A stretch of 64,000 bases of DNA from contig CBDANF010000003.1 of assembly GCA_965197475.1 (NCBI GenBank), positions 4,064,001 to 4,128,000 on the forward strand, read 5' to 3'. The translations under genes were made by a program, and so were the position numbers. Source of the stretch: Candidatus Poribacteria bacterium. GTDB lineage: Bacteria; Poribacteria; WGA-4E; WGA-3G. Below are positions 10,963-20,658 of this stretch, piece after piece; within the stretch, counting starts at the first letter, position 1; every line of letters begins with the position of its first letter. The notes under the pieces are model-generated. The model had not been told where the DNA came from, searched no databases, and saw nothing but the letters and a program-made list of their open reading frames with translations.

Positions 10963-11478
10963 ATGATAATACAATATGAAGGCATAACACCAAATATACA
11001 TTCCTCTGTCTTTGTCGCCCCAGGGGCAATGATAATTGGAGACGTAACAATCGGTGAAGAATCAACTGTATGGTTTAACACCGTCCTCCGAGGCGACCTT
11101 GAACCGATACGCATCGGGTGCCGCACAAACATTCAGGATGGAACGGTGATACACATGGACAAAGAGATACCGTGTCTTATCGGTGATGATGTTACCGTTG
11201 GACACGGAGCAATTCTTCACAGCTGTTCTATTGACAACGAAGCATTAATCGGAATGGGTGCGATTCTTCTGACAGGTTGCAAAATTGGCGAACGCGCCAT
11301 TGTTGCCGCCGGAACACTTGTACGTGAAGGACAGGAAATCCCTGCTGGATCTGTGGCGATGGGAGTACCTGCAATAGTACGACGGGAGGCTACAGAAGCT
11401 GAACTTGAACGCGTCCGGAACGGCAAAGATGATTACGTATTACGCGGCAAATTAATGCAAGACAGTTTAAAGACATAG
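10963..11478 (+). CDS. Gamma-carbonic anhydrase family protein (YrdA/CaiE/PaaY-like)
   Basis: Hexapeptide repeats; LRGD, NIQDGTVIH and VGHGAILH. Confidence 0.9.
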   Translation: MIIQYEGITPNIHSSVFVAPGAMIIGDVTIGEESTVWFNTVLRGDLEPIRIGCRTNIQDGTVIHMDKEIPCLIGDDVTVGHGAILHSCSIDNEALIGMGAILLTGCKIGERAIVAAGTLVREGQEIPAGSVAMGVPAIVRREATEAELERVRNGKDDYVLRGKLMQDSLKT

Positions 11479-11523
11479 TTTATTATCAAATCTAAAATAC
11501 CTGTACATTTTAGATTTGCATTG

Positions 11524-11555
11524 TTTGTAGTCGCGCAATTCATTGCGCCTCTTAC
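11524..11555. repeat. GTAG-type REP-like palindrome (near-identical copy at 54288-54319)
   Basis: TTTGTAGTCGCGCAATTCATTGCGCCTCTTAC vs TTTGTAGTCGCGCAATTCATTGCACCTCTTAC. Confidence 0.7.
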
Positions 11556-11583
11556 ATATCAGTGGTTTTGAAAAGGAGAAATT

Positions 11584-12624
11584 ATGGCAAAACACACATG
11601 TTTGATGATTGGTGGAAGCGGTATGGCTGGCGGTTGGATTCACAACTTCAGAAATAATTTTAGTGACCGCGTTGAGATTGTTGGTTTGGCAGATGTTAAG
11701 GAAGATGTCCTAAAAAACCAGGGTGAGGCGTTAGGGTTAAATTCTTCACAACTTTTCATAGATTTCAACGAAGCGTGTGCGTCTGTCAAAGCAGATTTTT
11801 GTGGTGTTGCAACGCCACCGCAATTCCACAGTCCCGCCGCAATTGCAGCTATGGAAAATGGAATGCCTGTCATCTGCGAAAAACCGATTGCGGATACTTT
11901 GGACGCAGCAAAAGCGATGGTACGCACCTCACAAAAAACGGGATTGCCGTGTGCTATTATCCAAAACTATCGCTATGCGAACAATAAACAAGAATTGGTT
12001 CGCATCCGTAATGAGGGTAGATTAGGGAGACTCCAACACATTGTCGGAAGATATGCTTGTGATTATCGTCGCTATCTCTCATGGGGTGTGGATTGGCGGC
12101 ACGACATGGATTTTAGCCTTCTTTTTGAGGCATCAGTCCATCACCTTGATATGCTCCGATTTCTCTCCGGCGGCGATTGTGAAACTTTGGTTGGATTCGG
12201 ATGGAATCCGAAATGGTCAAGTTTTAAGCACTACTCCAGCGGATACTACTTAATGCGGATGGATAACGGTGTCCACACTTCTTATGAGGGAAACAGTTCC
12301 GCAGCAGGTATCATTAACTGTTGGAATGGTGAACACTACCGCGCTGAATTTGAGCAAGGAGCAGTAGAAATCGCAGGTGGAAACCAGATGACTATTCATC
12401 GTGTCGGTGGTGAGAGAGAGGTATATGAGGCACCAGGTATTCCACACTACGCGCACCATCATCTGTTTGATGAATTTTTAAATTGGCTTGAAGGCGGCAA
12501 ACCCTCTGATACACGGATTGAAGACAATATCAAGAGTTTTGTCCTTGTCATCGCTGCGATGGAAACGACAGTTGATGGTCAACCCAAGCATATCACTGAA
12601 TACCTGAGTGACCTGTCCCTCTAA
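11584..12624 (+). CDS. Gfo/Idh/MocA family oxidoreductase (paralog 1)
   Basis: Rossmann GGSGMA; ICEKPIA; SVHHLD; AAGGAG RBS. Confidence 0.9.
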   Translation: MAKHTCLMIGGSGMAGGWIHNFRNNFSDRVEIVGLADVKEDVLKNQGEALGLNSSQLFIDFNEACASVKADFCGVATPPQFHSPAAIAAMENGMPVICEKPIADTLDAAKAMVRTSQKTGLPCAIIQNYRYANNKQELVRIRNEGRLGRLQHIVGRYACDYRRYLSWGVDWRHDMDFSLLFEASVHHLDMLRFLSGGDCETLVGFGWNPKWSSFKHYSSGYYLMRMDNGVHTSYEGNSSAAGIINCWNGEHYRAEFEQGAVEIAGGNQMTIHRVGGEREVYEAPGIPHYAHHHLFDEFLNWLEGGKPSDTRIEDNIKSFVLVIAAMETTVDGQPKHITEYLSDLSL

Positions 12625-12706
12625 TCCTGAATTTCTTGTTTGAATCTCATGACTATAGCACATAGGTTAGATTGAGCACCGTTAGAATTCGAAAAGGAGA
12701 AAATTT

Positions 12707-13744
12707 ATGGCAAAACAAACATGTTTGATGATTGGTGGAGGTGGTATGGCGGCTAACTGGATCCGCATCTTAACTCATGATTTCAGTGATCGGATTGAAA
12801 TAGTCGGTTTAGTGGATGTGAATACAGATGTTCTCACAGTACAAGGCGAGGCTTTAGGGTTGAGCACCTCACAACGCTTCACAGACTTTAACGAGGCGTG
12901 TGCAACGGTCAAAGCAGATTTTTGTGGTATTGCTGTTCCACCTAAATTCCACAATCCCGCCGCAATTGCTGCCATGGAAAACGGAATACCCGTTATTTGC
13001 GAAAAACCGATCGCTGATACATGGGATGCAGCGAAAGCAATGGTACGCACCTCACAAAAAACGGGATTGCCGTGCACGATAATTCAAAACTATCGGTATG
13101 CGGATAATAAACAGGAATTGATACGTATTCGTGATGAAGGTAGATTGGGAGGACTTCAATACGTTGTCGGTAGATATGGGTGCGACTTTCGTCGCTATTC
13201 CGCGTGGGGAGCGTGGCGGCATGATATGGATTTCGGGCTCCTCATTGAAGGTTCCGTTCATCACTTGGACATGCTTCGGTTTCTCTCTGGCGGTGACTGT
13301 GAAACCTTGATCGGGTTTGGATGGAATCCGGAATGGTCAAGTTTTAAGCATTATTCAAGCGGTTTCTATCTAATGCGTATGGACAACGGTGTTCATACCT
13401 CTTATGAAGGCAACAGCTCGGCGGCTGGCATGGAATACTGCTGGAACCATGAGTACTACCGCGCCGAGTTTGAACAAGGGGCAGTCGAAATCGCAGGCGG
13501 AAACCAGATGACTATCCATCGTGTTGGCGGCGAAAAGGAAGTCTACGTAGCACCGCCAGTTCGCTATGAGCATCATCACCATCTATTTGATGAGTTCCTA
13601 AATTGGCTTGACGGTGGTGAACCATCTAAAACACGGGTTGAGGACAATATAAAAAGTTTCGCACTTGTCATCGCTGCGATGGAAACGACAGTTGATGGTC
13701 AACCCAAGCATATCGCTGAATATCTGAGTGATTTGGATCTCTAA
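12707..13744 (+). CDS. Gfo/Idh/MocA family oxidoreductase (tandem paralog 2)
   Basis: GGGGMA, CEKPIA and SVHHLD; highly similar to the upstream gene. Confidence 0.9.
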   Translation: MAKQTCLMIGGGGMAANWIRILTHDFSDRIEIVGLVDVNTDVLTVQGEALGLSTSQRFTDFNEACATVKADFCGIAVPPKFHNPAAIAAMENGIPVICEKPIADTWDAAKAMVRTSQKTGLPCTIIQNYRYADNKQELIRIRDEGRLGGLQYVVGRYGCDFRRYSAWGAWRHDMDFGLLIEGSVHHLDMLRFLSGGDCETLIGFGWNPEWSSFKHYSSGFYLMRMDNGVHTSYEGNSSAAGMEYCWNHEYYRAEFEQGAVEIAGGNQMTIHRVGGEKEVYVAPPVRYEHHHHLFDEFLNWLDGGEPSKTRVEDNIKSFALVIAAMETTVDGQPKHIAEYLSDLDL

Positions 13745-13785
13745 AATCTGAGATATCGCCTCACGAATAGCTATGCATCAGGTGG

Positions 13786-14094
13786 GTGCTAATTATGTTC
13801 AATTCAAATCCAGAAATACCAGTCGTTCTTGACGATATTCCAGAATCCGAGCAGCACGCGCTGCTTGAAAAACTGGCACAATGGATTGTACGCCGAAGTC
13901 TAACCACGCCAGCTATCCTTTTTTTAGAGACGGGGAAACCTCTCAACTTTTTAGGGTCCCAATTGCTGATTGCTTTTAGCCCCTTTGTGCAGGCATTTTT
14001 CAAGGGAGATCAATATCATAAAATTGCGCTTATTCTCGAAAAAGATGAAAACGTTGAATTACTCATACAATTTATTGAAGAAACTAAAGGGTGA
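13786..14094 (+). CDS. Conserved hypothetical protein
   Basis: ~100 aa, PAILFLETGKPLNFLGSQ motif, fits operon spacing; start may be 13795. Confidence 0.65.
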   Translation: MLIMFNSNPEIPVVLDDIPESEQHALLEKLAQWIVRRSLTTPAILFLETGKPLNFLGSQLLIAFSPFVQAFFKGDQYHKIALILEKDENVELLIQFIEETKG

Positions 14095-14122
14095 GATGTG
14101 AAAAGAAATTAGGAGAAACTTG

Positions 14123-15490
14123 ATGGCTGTTGAACTGAGAATGCTCCAGATGGACCAGACAATGACAAAAGGGAAAATCGGCAAATGGCTTGTTAAGGAA
14201 GGCGATACCGTGACACAAGGGCAACCCCTTCTGGAAATTGAAACGGATAAAGTTGTCCATGAACAGGAATCTCCTACTGACGGTGTCATCGCACAAATTC
14301 TCCCAGAAGAAGGTAGTAATGTCCCTGTTAATGCGCTTTTAGCGATTATCGCGGCCCCGGGGGAAGAAGTTGAACGCGTTAAAGCAGATACCACAGCAGA
14401 ACCACAGGAGTCTGATAAACCAGAGCAGCGTGCCCCGACACCTGCTACACCAACGAAAATAGAGTCTCAACAGACTACACAAACGACGGAACACATTAAA
14501 GCATCCCCTGCAGCACAACAACTCGCTGAAAAACTCGCTATTGACTTAACGCAAGTAAAAGCGTCTGGTCCTGGAGGTCGTATCCTTGAAAGTGATGTCC
14601 ATCGCTACATTGAAACGAGAGAGCCGACTCCGACTGAATCAACGCGTCTCAAAGCCTCGCCGCTCGCTCGCCGATTAGCAAAAGAATTTGGGATCGATAT
14701 TACATCTATTGCCGGTTCCGGTCCTGATGGCAGAATTGTCCGAGATGACGTGTTGCAAGCCACCGATGAGATACCCGCTCAGGCATTTCGTACTGAACCC
14801 GCTGCTTCAGAAGTTATTGAGCTTAGCGGCATCCGTAAAATCATCGCCGAACGTATGACGATGAGCGTTCAAACGAACGCAAGTGTCACACTTCATACAG
14901 AAGTTGACGCTACAACCCTTGTAGAATTACGCGAACTCTTCAACGAAGAATTACAGAAAAGAGAGGTGAGCCTCACCTACACCGATCTAATTGTGAAAAT
15001 TATTGCTAATGCATTGCGAGAACATCCACGCCTCAACGCGACACTCACAGATGACGGAATTCGCCTATTAGCGGATATCAATATTGGGGTTGCAGTCGCA
15101 TTAGAAGATGGACTCGTCGTGCCGGTCATCCGCAATGTTGATAAAATAGGTTTAGCCGCTATCTCTGAGCAGATAAAAAACTTGGCAGAAAAAGCGCGCG
15201 GTAATCAACTTACCCCCGGAGAACTTCAAGGCGGCACCTTTACCTTGACAAACCTCGGCAATTTTGGAGTCGATGCATTCACACCTATCATCAATCCGCC
15301 TGAATGTGCTATCCTTGGAGTAGGGCGGATTCTCAAGAAACCGGTTGTCTATAACGATGAGATCGCTATTCGGCACATGCTAACCTTAAGTTTGACGTTT
15401 GATCACCGTGTTGTGGACGGTGCTCCTGCTGCACAGTTCTTGCAAACAGTGTCTCAATATATTCAGAACCCGTATCTATTGCTTGTATAA
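14123..15490 (+). CDS. 2-oxoacid/acetoin dehydrogenase E2 dihydrolipoamide acyltransferase with two peripheral-subunit-binding domains
   Basis: Lipoyl EIETDKV; two ASP.A..LA...GSGP.GRI domains; catalytic DHRVVDG. Confidence 0.92.
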   Translation: MAVELRMLQMDQTMTKGKIGKWLVKEGDTVTQGQPLLEIETDKVVHEQESPTDGVIAQILPEEGSNVPVNALLAIIAAPGEEVERVKADTTAEPQESDKPEQRAPTPATPTKIESQQTTQTTEHIKASPAAQQLAEKLAIDLTQVKASGPGGRILESDVHRYIETREPTPTESTRLKASPLARRLAKEFGIDITSIAGSGPDGRIVRDDVLQATDEIPAQAFRTEPAASEVIELSGIRKIIAERMTMSVQTNASVTLHTEVDATTLVELRELFNEELQKREVSLTYTDLIVKIIANALREHPRLNATLTDDGIRLLADINIGVAVALEDGLVVPVIRNVDKIGLAAISEQIKNLAEKARGNQLTPGELQGGTFTLTNLGNFGVDAFTPIINPPECAILGVGRILKKPVVYNDEIAIRHMLTLSLTFDHRVVDGAPAAQFLQTVSQYIQNPYLLLV

Positions 15491-15500
15491 GGAAATGCAA

Positions 15501-16127
15501 ATGAAAAAATGGATATGTTTACTTCTCATGCTATTGCTGTTTACAGTTGGGTATGCCCAAGAAACAGATTTTGATATCCTGCTTGCCTCTGATGTCAATG
15601 CAGATGGAATAGTGAATATCCGTGATTTGGTATTTGTTGCCTTGCACTTTGGTGAAACACCTTCTGAAGATCAGTATCCCAACCCCGATGTAAACGGGGA
15701 CAGTGCTGTCAACATTGATGACCTTACATTGGTCGCGAGCCACTTTGGTAAGTATTCTGGCATTCCACTTGAATTAACCGATCAGACGTTTGACAACATA
15801 GTGCGTGGCGCAAAACTGCCTATCTTAGTCGAATTTAAGTCCGATTACTGAATCTACTGTTTATTGATGAGACCAGTTGTGTCTGAAATTACCTTAGAAT
15901 ATCGTAACGTTTTCGTCGTAGCAAAATTAGACGTGAACGACAATCCAGTAACAACAGCAGAATATCATATACGAGGAACACCGATTTACCTCCTATTCTA
16001 TGAAGGAAACGTCATAAAAGTAATCGTCGGTGCTATGTCGAAAGAGAGATTGGTAAATCGGATTCTTGAAGGGTTAAGTACGGTGGTAGAACCACCACTC
16101 ACACAAGAGCAGGCAGACAGCGAATAA
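15501..16127 (+). CDS. Secreted dockerin-type EF-hand + thioredoxin fusion; probable selenoprotein (in-frame TGA 15849-15851, UxxC)
   Basis: Signal peptide; DVNADGIVNIRDL and DVNGDSAVNIDDL; VEFKSDY-TGA-IYC continues in frame into KLDVNDNP...IRGTP thioredoxin fold. Confidence 0.8.
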
Positions 16128-17960
16128 CGCTGTCCATTGCCACACTTCCTGCGAAATAGGCTGTAGTAAATCTTTTTCGTTTACTTGTGTTTGTGTGTTT
16201 AAGTCTGTTTTGGAGGATAAAAGCGCAGATTCCGTTGCATCAAGTAAATTAACGGCGAATCGTCCAAATAGGGAATCTCCTGCAAAGACAGAATAAATAC
16301 CCATTTGGTCTGTTTCGGCAAACACCGAATTCTTAAGTTCAAGCATATTCCCATCAGGTTTTTGCACCCTAATAGTAGATTTCTCCTGCATCGGCAAATC
16401 AATTTTTACATGTTCTCCGGTTCGGAATGTGGGCGTTGTGCTGTTTCTTTGAGCAGTAATAGCCTTGATCGGTACAGCATTAGATTCAAGCCAAGCTAAG
16501 CAGTGATACATAAACAGCGGGGCATCCGGAATAGTAGTGGGGAAAGAAGAAATTTCTGGATTAAACGCATCGAATTCAAATACCAGAAATTGTCTGTCCG
16601 CCTTAGTGCCAAACCATACCAACGTGCCTTTCTCTGTTTCAATAAGCGAATTTCCCCAGAGAGGCAATTCTCTACGCACAGATTCCTTTACTTGTAATCC
16701 CATAATAGATACGTCCCGCATAATCGGATGCGTTTTGTTTTCTTTGATAACGGAAACAAGGGTTGGGACGATTTCAACAGAAGGTTCTGTCATGAAAGGT
16801 AATTCTTGTTGCCAATTAATAAAGATTATGCTCTCTGTGCCGGGAATGTTCAAAAAGTCGTGTGTCGGAAGGATTCCGCCATCAAAAATTATGACATCTG
16901 CATCACTCGTGCCGTGGTATTCATCTGTGGATACTGTCTGTAGTTCAACATAGTCCCCGGAACTCCTCAAAAGTTCCGTCAACAAAGATTGATTCCTATC
17001 GCTAACGAGCAGGATTCGGAGTTGCCGTTTCGCGTTGAGAATTGCCCAAACCTCGTTGTCCAATTCAAAGTCGTCAGCCACATCAACAAGATGGAGACGA
17101 ATCGCAACACCTTCCAGCCTTTCCGCATTGATAGAAAACGGAACAGATTTTACCTCGCCAGCGGGAAGTGTCAAGGTTTTTTCAGCAATTGCTGTTCCAC
17201 CTTCAAGTCCTAACTGGATATCTATTTCCCTTTCTGTATCTGTCCAATTCTGAATACCTGCGAGAACCTTATATTCGTCAGCAATTCTTTCCACACTGAA
17301 TTGCACAATACCTATGTTTTCTGCTGCCCCTCTGACTGAGATTTTGTTGATGGGCACAGATGTAGTCGGCAATTTTTCAAACGAATCGCTAATAAAAAAG
17401 ATTTGATCCTGCGGTGAATCCGCATAGCGCGTCGCATAATCAAAAACTGATGTAAACCCGCCGACTGCGTGTGTTGGCACAATATTTTCCACAGCACGGC
17501 GCAGTTTATCTTTATCTGTCGTAAATGCTTGTTGAATATAAGGCTTGGGGGCATGCGTTGCCATAATCATCATGCCCCCACTGGCAGAAACCTGATTAAT
17601 GTGTTTCAGTACTTCCTGTTTAGCAAGTGCAAGTCGGGTTTCTCCCAGCTCTTTCGACTGCATACTTGCCGAATTGTCAACGATAAAGATTATTTTGCCG
17701 TGAATTATGCCGGGAATTCGCAACGCAGGACGCGCAACGCTAACGATTATAACGAGTAAGAACAGACTTTGTAAAATGAGGAGTAGCAGATTCCGCAGGC
17801 GTTGAAAAGGGATATTCGCTTTCTGGTCCTCAGCATTGGCAAGCCAGAGCATCATACTCGGCACAACGTAACGTTGTCGGCGCAGCCTTAGAAAATGCAG
17901 CGCAATCACGATAGGAATAGTTCCAATCAGGTAGAACGCAGCCGGGTTCAGAAAAGCCAT
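16074..17960 (-). CDS. BatA N-terminal / VWA domain protein
   Basis: MAFLNP...LHFLR...VPSMMLW; MIDAS DNSASM; C-terminal WQW...EWW membrane anchor. Confidence 0.85.
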   Translation of the reverse strand: MAFLNPAAFYLIGTIPIVIALHFLRLRRQRYVVPSMMLWLANAEDQKANIPFQRLRNLLLLILQSLFLLVIIVSVARPALRIPGIIHGKIIFIVDNSASMQSKELGETRLALAKQEVLKHINQVSASGGMMIMATHAPKPYIQQAFTTDKDKLRRAVENIVPTHAVGGFTSVFDYATRYADSPQDQIFFISDSFEKLPTTSVPINKISVRGAAENIGIVQFSVERIADEYKVLAGIQNWTDTEREIDIQLGLEGGTAIAEKTLTLPAGEVKSVPFSINAERLEGVAIRLHLVDVADDFELDNEVWAILNAKRQLRILLVSDRNQSLLTELLRSSGDYVELQTVSTDEYHGTSDADVIIFDGGILPTHDFLNIPGTESIIFINWQQELPFMTEPSVEIVPTLVSVIKENKTHPIMRDVSIMGLQVKESVRRELPLWGNSLIETEKGTLVWFGTKADRQFLVFEFDAFNPEISSFPTTIPDAPLFMYHCLAWLESNAVPIKAITAQRNSTTPTFRTGEHVKIDLPMQEKSTIRVQKPDGNMLELKNSVFAETDQMGIYSVFAGDSLFGRFAVNLLDATESALLSSKTDLNTQTQVNEKDLLQPISQEVWQWTALFAVCLLLCEWWFYHRT

Positions 17961-18123
17961 TTTTCAATGTCGGGAACAAAAGGGATAAGTAAATTATGAA
18001 CGTTTGATTTCAAATGATTTCAGAGTATTCAGTTTTGCTATTTCGGATGGTTAAGAGAATGTTACATCTCTATATACCGCCATTCAAATTCCTATGTTTT
18101 GGCATAGCGGTATATAGATATTG

Positions 18124-18564
18124 TTATTGGTTAGGTTCTTGGTCCGAGGGTGTCGTTTGCGGTTCTGAAGATTCGCCGTTCTCTCTTTCGTTGAGATTCT
18201 TGATAACCTCCTCAGCATCCAGTTTGCCTACTTCGCCGTAGTTTTGCAAACGTTCACAAGCATCACGAACTTTATCGTATTCATCAAGCTCCAAATAGAT
18301 ATTTGCCAAGTTCTTGTGCATCTCACGGAAAACACCGGGCCAATTCCGTTCACCTTCTTTTTCAACAAGGCGCGTGGCGTTTTCTATAGCAATGTTGACA
18401 ATATTATCAAGTTCTGCCCTTTCTGAAGCCGAAAACGAGGCATTTTCCTGTTCCTGTTTTTCATTGTAAGAACGCAAAGCACCCAATGCCTTGTCACACT
18501 GATTATAAGTCTTCTCAATGCTCAAAGCACCTTCAAAGATTTTTGATAAAAACCCAAATTTCAT
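18124..18564 (-). CDS. Hypothetical helical (TPR-like) protein
   Basis: 146 aa; LANIYLELDEYDKV helix pattern; GGAG RBS. Confidence 0.65.
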   Translation of the reverse strand: MKFGFLSKIFEGALSIEKTYNQCDKALGALRSYNEKQEQENASFSASERAELDNIVNIAIENATRLVEKEGERNWPGVFREMHKNLANIYLELDEYDKVRDACERLQNYGEVGKLDAEEVIKNLNERENGESSEPQTTPSDQEPNQ

Positions 18565-18602
18565 AAATGGGAGTCTCCGATAGGGACAGATTGCGTTACA
18601 TG

Positions 18603-19381
18603 CTAAAAAGCTGTTTTCAGTTGTCCCCAGGTAACTGCCAATTTGTTTCCCGCTTCCACCGCCAAGGCACCAGCAACTCCCAATTCCATAGAAGCTTTAA
18701 CCTCATCTTCAGTCAACGCTTTTGAATAGATGACGGCTTCATCAATAATCACATTCTCAGCCTTGTGACTGTTTGCGCTTTCACCTGCACCGATATATAT
18801 GAATGCCTCTTTGTACTTGGGAAACTCAAAGTTTTCAGGCTGTTCTCCGATAAAATCACCGTTGACGTATATTTCCCCATCCTTGCCATCAAAGGCTAAA
18901 ACGTAGTGGTACCATTCATTCAGTTCAAATGTGAAGTTGTCAAGACTTTTGTCTTGGTGATGACCTGCATCCCAAAACGGTTTAAAATTGGGGTTCACCA
19001 TCAGACGAAATTCACAACAATCTCCACCAGGCACTTCAATTGAGACGATGCCATCATAATCTGCATGACTATTCAGGTAGAACCAAGCTTCCATCGTAAA
19101 TTGTCCCTTTTCACCGATTGGAACAACAAAATCGTTAGCAGGACTCATTTGGACAACGCCTCCGGTTAAGTGAACCGCTTTACGAACTTGACCGTCAACG
19201 AGTTCGCCATTCCCGGTTAATTCTGCATCGTTACCATTGCCAGAGTTGTCCTTGAATATCTTATCGTCAAGTTTATCAAAAGAGTAGTAAACTAAGATGT
19301 CACCCTCTTCAACAGCGTAAGTGTAACTGACAGCGAATATTAATATCACTGAAATCCTAACAAGATTAGATTTCTAAGCAT
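18603..19381 (-). CDS. Secreted LamG/concanavalin-like protein with apparent 1-nt frameshift in the signal peptide
   Basis: YYSFD, DNSGNGNDA, EWYHYV and YVNG; C-terminal KLAVTWGQLK; AAGGAGG RBS and ATG at 19381 lie 32 nt from the main frame start at 19349. Confidence 0.8.
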
Positions 19382-19415
19382 TTCAATTCCTCCTTAATTT
19401 TTTATGAATGAAACT

Positions 19416-19444
19416 ATTGTAGCAAAAAAACAGAAAGGTGTCAA
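19416..19444 (-). promoter_or_regulatory. Sigma70-type promoter for the LamG gene
   Basis: TTGACA-17 nt-TACAAT on the minus strand. Confidence 0.65.
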
Positions 19445-19595
19445 CAAATTATAAATGCTCCTGCGGAGCCATTCAGTTTTCGGTTTTTTGTGCGTTTTAG
19501 CCGTCCAGCCGCGACTAGGAGGTCGCTCCTACAGAGGAGGGACTTTGAGCAGAAGGTTGCAACTACTGGAGAATTGAATGCCCCTGGACATCTTC

Positions 19596-19624
19596 TTGAC
19601 ATCAACACACGTTTATACTATACT
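19596..19624 (+). promoter_or_regulatory. Sigma70-type promoter
   Basis: TTGACA-17 nt-TATACT. Confidence 0.6.
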
Positions 19625-19777
19625 TAAAACAAGACACTGAAACCTTAAATCCTGGTGCTGGAGGATGACATAATGCAGAAAAAAACCAGTCTGTTCCGAC
19701 ACCGGACGGTAAATCTATATCAAAAACAGAACTCGCTAAAGTTTTAGCGGGAATTGAACGTCACTAAGCGGAGAGAA

Positions 19778-20620
19778 ATGATTAAATTCAGGTTTTCGGG
19801 ACGTTATGTCCAGAAACCTCGCGCTTGCTTTTTTGTTGTCTACTTCCTGCTGCTTACAATGTCAGCATTGGGACAGACAGAATTTCCGTTTGAAACTGCG
19901 CGTCCGCTTTATGTAGGCGCGCGTGCATTAGCGATGGGGAACGCTTTTACTGCTGTTGCTGACGATGCTACCGCCGGGTTTTGGAATCCTGCGGGGTTGA
20001 TTCAGTGGCAGGGCGTTAAACTTTTTGGTGTCACCAAGTTTCACGATCAACACTATTACCGGTTTGACCCGAAAGGCATTGGTTATAGCTGGCGTGGCTA
20101 CAGTCTCTATTGGGGGAACAAAATAGCCCTTGATGTTGCAAGTGGTATCCCTGATTTCAACTATTACGGTGTCGCACGCCAACTCGGTGCGTATCTTGCT
20201 ATAGGATTAAGCCTCAAGTTCAAACGGCGGCATCCTTCTGATTATTACCAATTCTTTGGTTACCACACCTCTTACGACATCGGTTTGCTCTTTAAACCGC
20301 GTCCAGAACTCAAATTCGGTTGTCTGTTGCAGAACCTTGAAGGGCGCGGTGTTCAGTGGGTGACGCTTGGCACCGCCTACCGTTATGACACATATCAATT
20401 CTCGGCAGACATCGCACTCTCTACCGAGGATGCGGAGCAAGAGTTTTACTTTGGTGTTGAATGGGTGCCGTCATCGTTTTTTTCTATGCGGGTTGGCAAT
20501 TCAAACGGTTTTTTCACTGGCGGCGTTGGTCTGCGGATCGTTGATGTGTATATTAATTATGCCCGAATTTTTGAGGAACGTTTCAAATCGGATTTCATCT
20601 CCGCTGAACTAAAGTTTTGA
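19778..20620 (+). CDS. PorV/UPF0164-like outer-membrane beta-barrel protein
   Basis: GARALAMGNAFTAVADDATAGFWNPAGL signature; C-terminal Phe. Confidence 0.8.
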   Translation: MIKFRFSGRYVQKPRACFFVVYFLLLTMSALGQTEFPFETARPLYVGARALAMGNAFTAVADDATAGFWNPAGLIQWQGVKLFGVTKFHDQHYYRFDPKGIGYSWRGYSLYWGNKIALDVASGIPDFNYYGVARQLGAYLAIGLSLKFKRRHPSDYYQFFGYHTSYDIGLLFKPRPELKFGCLLQNLEGRGVQWVTLGTAYRYDTYQFSADIALSTEDAEQEFYFGVEWVPSSFFSMRVGNSNGFFTGGVGLRIVDVYINYARIFEERFKSDFISAELKF

Positions 20621-20658
20621 ATGTTTTTGAATAAGGATTCGCAGGATTATAGTCTGTC

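Noticed and set aside
15399-16127. Two separate genes (150 aa and 87 aa) as in the ORF track
   Set aside because: Same frame, and the thioredoxin fold spans the TGA
19665-19767. Small ORF upstream of the PorV-like gene
   Set aside because: Candidate frames are short or lack a start codon; no recognisable motif
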